DNA from: an uncultured virus (IMG/VR IMGVR_UViG_3300008952_002242)
Taxonomy: Duplodnaviria > Heunggongvirae > Uroviricota > Caudoviricetes
DNA length: 64,000 bases
Virus record (IMG/VR): IMGVR_UViG_3300008952_002242
Span: 62,001-126,000 of that record
Direction: 5' to 3' (one strand)
Positions 29,234-37,609 of the stretch are shown here, one piece after another. A program made the translations under genes and the position numbers. How positions within the stretch are numbered: position 1 is the stretch's first letter; each line of letters starts with the position of its first letter. A model generated the notes under the pieces. The model did not search any database. It was given only the letters and a program-made list of their open reading frames with translations, and was not told the DNA's origin.

Positions 29234-29628
29234 TATTTACCCCACTTTCCTCTACTGACAATTGTTGCCATAATTCCATAATTCGATACATCTAAATATG
29301 CATCTTCCATTGGTTCACCTTCAACTGCTGATTCTCGGTTATTCATTAACAAATTTTTTAATCTCTGTATCTTATCATTCATCCTAAACCATAATCCAGT
29401 AAGTGATAAATGAACCTCATCTTCTGTTTGTAATTGTGTACCTACGGAAATGTTACCAGGACCATAATCGTGTTGTTTGTGTAAAAATAATACATATTGT
29501 TCTTTTTGTATTTTCTTAAATTCCTTTGTCATTTCTGGCCATTCTTCTTCCATCTGTTCAACTATGTGATTTTTTTGATTCAATTCTTTTGGCATATAAT
29601 CTGTTAAATCTGTTTCTTTTATATCCAT
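29233..29628 (-). CDS. Nucleotide-modification-associated alpha-helical protein (DUF1599/Nmad1-like)
   Basis: KQHDYG…RMNDKIQRL…DAYLDVSNY. Confidence 0.75.
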   Translation of the reverse strand: MDIKETDLTDYMPKELNQKNHIVEQMEEEWPEMTKEFKKIQKEQYVLFLHKQHDYGPGNISVGTQLQTEDEVHLSLTGLWFRMNDKIQRLKNLLMNNRESAVEGEPMEDAYLDVSNYGIMATIVSRGKWGK

Positions 29629-29644
29629 AATATAACCTCTATAT

Positions 29645-30271
29645 TTATTTATTCAAAGACTTTATTTTTCTCTTAATTTTTTTATTCAAATAATACACAT
29701 ATATATTTTTTGAATCTCTATCTTTAAAAAAGATATTTTTGTCGCCACTATCATAGCGCCTTTTTATCTCTCTACTATATGGCCTTTTCCTCTGATTCAT
29801 AGATCTACTATGCATTTCCTTACCATCAACCATCAATATAATTCCTTTAGAAGTTTCTCCTAAATATTCAAAATTTGTAGCCCTATATATCACACCGGTG
29901 TGCCCATAATGTTTATCAGCAAAAGAAACTACCACCTCCATATCTGTATTTTGTTTTAACCACTTAAATGTTTGTCCAATAAAATAACTCTCTGTATTCT
30001 TAAATGTGTCGTCTACACATACTAATCTTCTTAATTCTAAGCACTTATTAGGATTGATAGGATTATACTTAGCTGCCGTTGCTGGCATAGACGGATAAGC
30101 ATACATCATAGCCCCTATCATTGTTGGCAAACCAAAGTTACCTTCTCTAAATAATCCAAAGTGGTATAACGATTGAACCCCATTTACATTATGTGAATAA
30201 TGGTGTTTTTCAATAAACTTAACAATACTTTTTCTTGGTATTTGTTCAACCGTATATTCTGTAACCGACAT
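29645..30271 (-). CDS. Mom-family DNA adenine-modifying GNAT enzyme
   Basis: KHHYS, LELRRL, KNTESYFIG, VSFAD…GHTGVIYRATNFEYLG. Confidence 0.75.
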   Translation of the reverse strand: MSVTEYTVEQIPRKSIVKFIEKHHYSHNVNGVQSLYHFGLFREGNFGLPTMIGAMMYAYPSMPATAAKYNPINPNKCLELRRLVCVDDTFKNTESYFIGQTFKWLKQNTDMEVVVSFADKHYGHTGVIYRATNFEYLGETSKGIILMVDGKEMHSRSMNQRKRPYSREIKRRYDSGDKNIFFKDRDSKNIYVYYLNKKIKRKIKSLNK

Positions 30272-30628
30272 TCATTTTATTTGTTCTAAATTAGTAAGTT
30301 GTATTAAAATAATACATAATGCTAATATTAAAGAAATAATAGTTTTCATTGTAGGTATCTCATCTAAATAAAGCCAAGCCAATAGTCCAAAAACTATAGT
30401 TCCTATACCAAAACCAATTAATCTAAAATTCCAAAAAAATCCAAAATGTTCAAAAGACCATTTTGTTGAATACCAAAGAGCTGGGGCAATAAAAGCACTC
30501 AAGAATATAACAAACCATTGTTCTTTAAACCACTTAATATTAGGCCAAACATAATGTCCTTGTAATTGCACAAATGCTATTATATTAGCAAAAAAACATG
30601 CAATAAGAGCATATAACAATTTACTCAT
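30272..30628 (-). CDS. Small 4-TM membrane protein (DMT/SMR-like)
   Basis: Four hydrophobic segments in 118 aa. Confidence 0.6.
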   Translation of the reverse strand: MSKLLYALIACFFANIIAFVQLQGHYVWPNIKWFKEQWFVIFLSAFIAPALWYSTKWSFEHFGFFWNFRLIGFGIGTIVFGLLAWLYLDEIPTMKTIISLILALCIILIQLTNLEQIK

Positions 30629-31520
30629 TTACCAACTCCTCTCTTATATATTCTATTATATCACCTTTAGGATTCCAATCTAATATCTCATTAGCTGTAC
30701 CATCTGTGCATAAAGTTTCTCTCATCTCTCCTGATTTAGCATCAATATATTTAGTTGGATATTCACCACTACCCATAGGCGTTATGATTGAAAACGCCTT
30801 AGCTATTTCATTAATTGAATAATTTTTTCCAGACCCTAACTCAAATGACCAACCAGAAAATCTCCTATCCACAACACCATGCATAGCCTGCATACACCTT
30901 ACCATCCCATCTACTACATCTTCAACATGAATAAAATCTCGTCTTTGTTCTCCATCACTCGTAATAGTTAATGGCTTACCTTCTCTATATTGTTTTTCAA
31001 AGACTCCAAGAACATTACAATAAGCCCCTTCAGTAGTCTGCCCTGGCCCATAAACATTATAAAATCTACAAATACAACTTGGTATATCAAATAACTCGCT
31101 ATACATTTTTACTATCTCTTCAGCTTGCCACTTTGTAAATGTATATGGATTAATATATTTATCACCATGCACAGATGATGTTCCAGCATATACAACAGGT
31201 ATTTGATTTCGTCTCGCATCTTCCATTATATTAACAGTAGAATATATATTAGATTTAAATGTTTGTTCTGGATCATCAAACGATGGTTGAATACGAGACA
31301 ATGCAGCTAAATGAAAAATCACAGAAGGTTTGTCTTGAAAAAACGAATAATACTTTACCTCTGATAAATCGACTTCAAAATATTGACAACCATCCACTTC
31401 ATTTTCTTTCTTACCAGTAGAATAATTATCCAATGATACAACCTTGTGCCCATCACTTACCAATCGCTTAATTAAGTTAGAACCAATAAATCCAGCACCA
31501 CCTGTAACTAAACACTTCAT
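30621..31520 (-). CDS. NAD-dependent nucleotide-sugar epimerase/dehydratase
   Basis: VTGGAGFIGS, YxxxK (YTFTK), RFYNVYGP and RDFIHVED. Confidence 0.9.
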   Translation of the reverse strand: MKCLVTGGAGFIGSNLIKRLVSDGHKVVSLDNYSTGKKENEVDGCQYFEVDLSEVKYYSFFQDKPSVIFHLAALSRIQPSFDDPEQTFKSNIYSTVNIMEDARRNQIPVVYAGTSSVHGDKYINPYTFTKWQAEEIVKMYSELFDIPSCICRFYNVYGPGQTTEGAYCNVLGVFEKQYREGKPLTITSDGEQRRDFIHVEDVVDGMVRCMQAMHGVVDRRFSGWSFELGSGKNYSINEIAKAFSIITPMGSGEYPTKYIDAKSGEMRETLCTDGTANEILDWNPKGDIIEYIREELVNE

Positions 31521-31951
31521 TTTAATCCCATTGTTTTCATTTCTTTTTTAGATTTTCCATATTCCCTCAATATAGATTTTAAATCACTATTGTTAAATAA
31601 ATCATAATAATCTAAAGCTTGGCGAGTACTTACTTCAAAATAATCTACCAAATAGCCAATCAAATCTTTATTCACTTTTCTTTTATTACCACTCATATAT
31701 TTTAAATAAACCTTTTGCTTTGGCAAAAGATTACAGTAGAAACGATACACAGCACTATGTGGCATCGTTAGAATTGTAAATTTCTGAAAATGATTGACTA
31801 TTGGTAAATAATCTTCCTTCATACTTAAATATCGATTAATCATAAATGGACTAAAGGTTTTTTTATCATCATCGGTAAATGTATTCCAATCCCTCTTTCC
31901 AACAAATAATTCGTTAATCCACTTAAATAAGTTCATCCATTTCCCCACCAA
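31517..31951 (-). CDS. Clamp loader small subunit (gp62-like)
   Basis: FSPFMINRYLS motif; position next to the clamp loader and clamp. Confidence 0.7.
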   Translation of the reverse strand: MVGKWMNLFKWINELFVGKRDWNTFTDDDKKTFSPFMINRYLSMKEDYLPIVNHFQKFTILTMPHSAVYRFYCNLLPKQKVYLKYMSGNKRKVNKDLIGYLVDYFEVSTRQALDYYDLFNNSDLKSILREYGKSKKEMKTMGLK

Positions 31952-32171
31952 TATTTAATATCTCACCACAGTTTCCACAATTAAAAACTTGAACTGGAGC
32001 AATGACTTCTTTTCCGGTAGGTGAAACTATAGCCGATATTCTTTTTACCACATAACCTTGTATAAAAATTTTATTTTCACACTCAGCACATGTCATAGTT
32101 TCAGCAGTTGTTAAATCAACTTGTACTTGTTGTTGTGGTTGTTTTATTGGTTTTTGTGCTTTCATATTCAT
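31923..32171 (-). CDS. Hypothetical zinc-ribbon protein
   Basis: CAEC…CGNCG. Confidence 0.65.
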   Translation of the reverse strand: MNMKAQKPIKQPQQQVQVDLTTAETMTCAECENKIFIQGYVVKRISAIVSPTGKEVIAPVQVFNCGNCGEILNIGGEMDELI

Positions 32172-33079
32172 TATATTTTCCTTAACATATTTGAAATTGT
32201 TGCTATAAAATTTATCTCTTTATCGGGCACTAAAATATCTTGATAAAGGCCATTTGAAATCTCTGCTATGGCTTCAGCGATTCTATCATCAGCAAAATTT
32301 TCTACTTCATCATACATCAACCTAAATAATTCTGTAAAATCAGTAAAATTATTATTAGCCACCAACTGTCTAATTGTCCGTATATCATCACGATTTTTTA
32401 ATGATTCAATAAACAATAATTTAAATTCATTATTCAACATTCCTTGTTTATCAACTTTCAACTCACCATCAATACATTGTCTTTGTAAATCATTGATGAT
32501 TTTTCTCAAATCTGGATAACCAGCAGTTACTATTAATGCTAAATCATCCAAATCAAAATCAATATTTTCTTTTTCTAAAATGCCTTTTACATGAAGTGCC
32601 ACCTCTTTCTTTGATGGTGGTATTATCTTATAAGTCTGACATCTACTTTGTAATGGATCGATAATTTTTTCAACATAATTACAAGTCAATATAAATCGAC
32701 AATGAACAGAAAATGTTTCCATTAAATTACGAAGAGCTGGTTGAGCAGAATTGGGATTTAGGTAATCAGCCTCATCCAAAATAACAATCTTATTTGGTTT
32801 AAAACCAATTGAAGAAGCAAATGTCTTCAACTTGTCTCGAACCAAATCTATGTTTCTTTCATCCGATGCATTAATATAAAGATAATCACACTCAACATTA
32901 TTAACAATAATTTTAGCAAGTGTGGTTTTACCACCACCAGCCTTTCCATAAAGAAGCAATTGTGGTACATTTTGCTCCTCTATAAATCTAGCAACCTTAA
33001 CTTTTAAATTGTCATTACCTACATAAGTTGATAGGTCTTGAGGGCGATATTTTTCAACCCATAATCCATGTGATTTCAT
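32171..33079 (-). CDS. Clamp loader AAA+ subunit (gp44/RFC small)
   Basis: WVEKYRP, GKAGGGKT, LDEAD and SRC motifs. Confidence 0.93.
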   Translation of the reverse strand: MKSHGLWVEKYRPQDLSTYVGNDNLKVKVARFIEEQNVPQLLLYGKAGGGKTTLAKIIVNNVECDYLYINASDERNIDLVRDKLKTFASSIGFKPNKIVILDEADYLNPNSAQPALRNLMETFSVHCRFILTCNYVEKIIDPLQSRCQTYKIIPPSKKEVALHVKGILEKENIDFDLDDLALIVTAGYPDLRKIINDLQRQCIDGELKVDKQGMLNNEFKLLFIESLKNRDDIRTIRQLVANNNFTDFTELFRLMYDEVENFADDRIAEAIAEISNGLYQDILVPDKEINFIATISNMLRKI

Positions 33080-33080
33080 A

Positions 33081-33794
33081 TCAAGTCTGTTGTGATACTA
33101 AATAGTATTTTGCAACAAAATTATCTATCTTAAACTCTATATAAGCAAGACCTTTAGAAGATACTTTAAGAGTAGCTTTAGAACATTCTTTATTAGCACT
33201 TAACACTTCTTTAAATAAATCAGCATTAAATATAACAGGATTTTCTAAATCAACAGCACCACTTTGTACAGCAATACTAATCCTATTAGAATTCATATCT
33301 GAATATCCAATTGTGAATTCAACCCCACCACTAACAGGAGTAATTGCAAAAGTTTCTACATCAGCCAAAGCACCTTTTCCACGAATGAAAGAAGTAATAA
33401 ATTGTGAATTTAAATTCAACGAAGTACCAAACTCAGGTATCTTTTTCATTTCCGGCACATCAGGTATAACCCCTGTAGCAGCTAAAACATAATCAACAGA
33501 AAGTGTTGTATCTGTAAAATTAAAATTAACCGGCTGATTATCCACTTCGTTAACTTTAAAATCCACCTTATCTGAAAGTGTGGATAGCATTTTAAATAAC
33601 AAAGTGGTGTCATACACCCCAACTTCGAATTCTGGTAATTTTTGTTTAGCTAAAGAAAGTTCACCAAGCAAACTCTTATCACCTGAAATGAATCTAGTAG
33701 CTAATGTCGTTCCATCAGAATTCCATGTAACTGAATTTACATTACCACCAAGATGGTATTTCTGAATAAAAGCATTTAATGATAGTTTATTCAT
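33081..33794 (-). CDS. Sliding clamp (gp45-like)
   Basis: 237 aa, between polymerase and clamp loader; beta-rich with a KYYL C-terminus. Confidence 0.7.
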   Translation of the reverse strand: MNKLSLNAFIQKYHLGGNVNSVTWNSDGTTLATRFISGDKSLLGELSLAKQKLPEFEVGVYDTTLLFKMLSTLSDKVDFKVNEVDNQPVNFNFTDTTLSVDYVLAATGVIPDVPEMKKIPEFGTSLNLNSQFITSFIRGKGALADVETFAITPVSGGVEFTIGYSDMNSNRISIAVQSGAVDLENPVIFNADLFKEVLSANKECSKATLKVSSKGLAYIEFKIDNFVAKYYLVSQQT

Positions 33795-33823
33795 ATAATC
33801 TCCTATGATTTATATTATTGTTT

Positions 33824-33852
33824 AATTTACACATTTTTTTTCAATTTGTCAA
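33824..33852 (-). promoter_or_regulatory. sigma70-like promoter TTGACA-N17-TAAATT
   Basis: Consensus -35 and TG-rich spacer end, upstream of the clamp gene. Confidence 0.6.
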
Positions 33853-36387
33853 CTAAAAAAATCTTTCTACTGTATTTTGTTTATCTACGGGCATATCCCA
33901 CTTCAAAGCATCGTAAAACATTTTTATTTTCTTTGTTAATGCCCTATCAAATAATTTATCCCTATCTATATATTTAGATATAAAATCCATAATCTCATCT
34001 GGATCATCATACCCCTTATATGCAATAGTATCTAAATGAAATGGATTACTTTTTAAATATACCCATTTAATTTTACTATGATTTCTAATTGGTTCCAAAT
34101 GATTAGCATTAAAATGTCTCAATAAATCATTATAAGATACCGATGCTTTTACATGTACTGGAGCTCCAGATTTCATCTTTGTAAAGATATCACCTTTATT
34201 TGATTTATAAGAATACTTCTTAATCCCCTTTACACCACTTGGTAACGATATGTCAATAATTTCATTAGTATCTAACTTCTTCTTAAAACCTAATATGAAA
34301 TTATCAATCTTTTCCTTATCAATATCATGAAGAATAGCTTTCAATATATTTGTCATAAACTTCTGAAATGCTGGTGGGAAAGAACTTCTAACAATATCTA
34401 ATCCCTTTACATCAAGTTTCTCACATGTAGTACCACCATCATTGATAATCCATTGACCGTATCGTTTTTTAGTTACCCAAAAAGCACTCTTAGCAATAAC
34501 CTCTTGTTTAATGTCAAACCGATGTTCTTCCTTAATATTCAAAAATTTACTTGAAAAATAATCATAAGATTTATTAATATAATCTTGCACTTCACTAGCG
34601 ATATCCAAAATCTGTTTTGTCATAAACTTTACATCACCAAAATCAGCATCAGGAAATCTTTTGTTAATCAATGGAATAGCAGAATAAAAAACCGAATCTG
34701 TATCAGTATATATACAATAATCTTCATTTGTTTTTAAAATTTTATTATAATAATAATTAGCTATTTTCTCTGTAAATTGAATCAATGTAACACCAGTTGT
34801 AGTAGTAGCTTCAGCATTATCAATATCATAAAATCTAAATACTGGTAACCCCAATACACCATAAAAACTATTCAAAAGAATCTTTTGGACATATTGCCTT
34901 CTATCAAAATAATCATGTAATTCATTATTACCATCTTTACTATATTTCTTAACCAATCCTCTGTATTCAACTCTTTCATTAAACCACTTTTCAAGTATTG
35001 CTGGTATAACACCTTTTCTATCTAAATGATATAACACTCCATTAGAAGAAATTGATACCTTATTCTTATTTAAAAAATCTTTCAACTCACCAGTACTAAA
35101 TCTACGAATGACTTTCTTCCCCTTTTTTACTGTATAAGTTTTTTCATCCCCTCTCAAAAATTCTTCAGCATCCCAACCATTTAATCTTCCAATTTTTGTT
35201 TCAGGTGATATATTCAATGACATAATAACAGATGGATACATAGAAGTTAAATCCAAATCAAACACCCATTCATATTTACCAGGATTAGGATCCTTCACAT
35301 AAGCACCACTAAACCCAACGCGAGAATTATCATAACTCACATCATATCTTTTACTTGGAGCAACTAAGTTGAGACTTTTCAAATAGGTTAACATGGCACC
35401 TTCAATATATCGAGAACTAAAATATACTTCTTCATATGGTATTCTACCCATATGAGATACAGCTTTAGCCAAATCAATTAATTTTAACTTCTTCTCTAAT
35501 GCTACAATAATCTTAACATCAACTAAGTTATATTCAATAAACTTTTCAATGTTATTTTCTAACAATTGGTCTAATGTACCTTCATACTCAACCTTACCCA
35601 TACCAACTTCTATCTGACCTATATAATCCAATCGATAACTAGATCGACTTATAAAAGTAAATTTCTTATACAACTCCAAATAATCTAACGAACTAACACC
35701 AGCTATCCTATATCTCTTTTTATTCTGATTATAAACAACTTTACCTATTGGTGAAAGAGCATTAGCCATATCCATTCCCAAAAACTGAGTCATCCTATTA
35801 TATAGATAAGGAACATCAAATTTATCTATATTCCACCCCGTAATTATTGTTGGTTTTATTTCAACCCAATACTTCAACAATGCTTGTAATAATTCATACT
35901 CCGAATCAAAAATTCTTACATTGTTTTTTGAAATCGATAAATTTTTAGCTTCACTCCTGAAGTCTTGTGTGTTTCCTAATACATAAACTTTATATTCTTC
36001 ATCAATGTTATTATAAAGTGCGACAGAAGTAATTTTATTCTTTGCTTCCTCCGGCAGGGGAAATCCATCTGTAACTTCAACCTCAATATCAAAATATAAT
36101 TCAACATGATCTTTGGATGGTTCATCAGAATCAGGATATCTATCCATTAAAATGCGAGTATCCAATGGTATATCAGACTCAAAAACTTTACCGGTTTTAA
36201 AATCTTCTTCTGACCAATAATTTATTTTTTTTAACTTATCACCATAAATGGAGCGATATTGACCACCTCCATCTTTTACATAGGCATAATTCTTAAATAT
36301 AAAATTCTGATAACCAGCTACATCATCCCATAAGTGAACTTCAACTTGATTATTCGCTCTTTTCTCAGACCAAATATTCTGATACAT
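33853..36387 (-). CDS. DNA polymerase family B (gp43-like)
   Basis: FDIE exonuclease motif, DLTSMYPS, KILLNSFYG, YTDTDS and KKRY. Confidence 0.97.
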   Translation of the reverse strand: MYQNIWSEKRANNQVEVHLWDDVAGYQNFIFKNYAYVKDGGGQYRSIYGDKLKKINYWSEEDFKTGKVFESDIPLDTRILMDRYPDSDEPSKDHVELYFDIEVEVTDGFPLPEEAKNKITSVALYNNIDEEYKVYVLGNTQDFRSEAKNLSISKNNVRIFDSEYELLQALLKYWVEIKPTIITGWNIDKFDVPYLYNRMTQFLGMDMANALSPIGKVVYNQNKKRYRIAGVSSLDYLELYKKFTFISRSSYRLDYIGQIEVGMGKVEYEGTLDQLLENNIEKFIEYNLVDVKIIVALEKKLKLIDLAKAVSHMGRIPYEEVYFSSRYIEGAMLTYLKSLNLVAPSKRYDVSYDNSRVGFSGAYVKDPNPGKYEWVFDLDLTSMYPSVIMSLNISPETKIGRLNGWDAEEFLRGDEKTYTVKKGKKVIRRFSTGELKDFLNKNKVSISSNGVLYHLDRKGVIPAILEKWFNERVEYRGLVKKYSKDGNNELHDYFDRRQYVQKILLNSFYGVLGLPVFRFYDIDNAEATTTTGVTLIQFTEKIANYYYNKILKTNEDYCIYTDTDSVFYSAIPLINKRFPDADFGDVKFMTKQILDIASEVQDYINKSYDYFSSKFLNIKEEHRFDIKQEVIAKSAFWVTKKRYGQWIINDGGTTCEKLDVKGLDIVRSSFPPAFQKFMTNILKAILHDIDKEKIDNFILGFKKKLDTNEIIDISLPSGVKGIKKYSYKSNKGDIFTKMKSGAPVHVKASVSYNDLLRHFNANHLEPIRNHSKIKWVYLKSNPFHLDTIAYKGYDDPDEIMDFISKYIDRDKLFDRALTKKIKMFYDALKWDMPVDKQNTVERFF

Positions 36388-36419
36388 TTAGATTATAAAA
36401 TCCCCATTTTCGATATGTA

Positions 36420-36450
36420 AATATAACAATAAAACCCTATATAAGTCAAG
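36420..36450 (-). promoter_or_regulatory. sigma70-like promoter TTGACT-N18-TATATT for the polymerase
   Basis: Minus strand cTTGACTtatatagggttttattgtTATATT. Confidence 0.6.
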
Positions 36451-36451
36451 A

Positions 36452-37609
36452 TTATTTTAATAAAGTAACTATAACTACCTCACCATAATTAACCAAAGCA
36501 TACATACCACTTGATAATTTACGAGTATCCCAAATATGATGCCCATTTAAATGATTATTATATACTTCTCTACCTAACATATCATATATCTGAACATGTC
36601 CATAACCAGTAATATTCATAACACTATTTGATGGATTAGGCCACACAAGTACTTTGGGTGCCTCTACCATAAATAATTCTTGTGTCAATTGTTTGAATTG
36701 AATTGGATCCAATATCTGTTGTAAGTATTGCATAGCTTGTTGCTGATTACCACCTAATATAATTTGAACCAAACCTATGACATCCAATACATTCAAATAA
36801 CCATCTTGTGTTATGTCTCCTGCTTCTTCTGCACAAATATATGTATCAGTTCCCAACAACATATCTACTAAAAACATCACATCTAAAATATCTATAGTAC
36901 CATTACCATCTACATTCCCACCTGTAAATACTAAATTGTCACATTGATCACACGCGTCACCCATACCATCCCCATCAGTATCTAGTTGGTCATAGTTCTG
37001 TATGTCTATGCAATTATCTATAGAATCCAGTATACCATCTTGGTCTAAATCTCTCGGTATATAAGATAATCCTAATTCTATAGCAGCCAATATAGCACCT
37101 TCAGAATATCCTGAAGCTGTATAGAGAACTTCGTAGTTATGATCTAATACTACATTATGTGGTATGTATCCATCTCCATAAAGTGTCCAAGCTTCACCAC
37201 CACTTGTACCACCATCTAATATTGGATAACTTATCCCAAATGCATCTGCCCATCCCTCACAACTATAGGTTGACCAATCAAATCCATTTGCAATTACATT
37301 AACATATGTTTCGTTTTCTGCGATAAATCCTTGCCAAATACTTTCTGTTTGCGGAGCCTCCGTTTGACAGGATGGTCACCAAGATGTAAATAGATTAATC
37401 CAAGTAACCTTATTAGCTCCTTCTTCATATAGGCTCCAATAACCATCTTCTGTGTTATCATTAACACAAACTGGTGCTTCGAAATCAGGTGAAATATCCC
37501 CGACCTCTAATTGTCCATATACTTTATTACCACATAATATTATTGCGGCTAATATCCAAATTACAACAGACCACCATTTAGGTGATAAGTCTCTTAATAG
37601 TGTTTTCAT
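36452..37609 (-). CDS. Putative secreted selenoprotein (385 aa): signal peptide, redoxin/TlpA-like domain with UxxC, TSP3 repeat, dockerin-like repeats, T9SS C-terminal sorting domain
   Basis: The two listed ORFs are in the same frame, and 37091..37375 is stop-free on manual translation. The only interruption is TGA at 37376-37378 in FTSW*PSCQTEAP, at the first Cys position of CxxC. Confidence 0.85.
37334..37375 (-). promoter_or_regulatory. Candidate bacterial SECIS element
   Basis: UGA-CCAUC-CUGU-CAAA-CGGA-GGC-UCCG-CAA-ACAG…UGG: hairpin whose G-containing apical loop lies 16-17 nt after the UGA. Confidence 0.65.

Noticed and set aside
36452..37090. Stand-alone 212-aa dockerin protein starting at TTG 37090, with a separate 77-aa upstream gene
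   Set aside because: That start has no signal peptide and cuts a continuous redoxin domain; the intervening frame is open and conserved-looking
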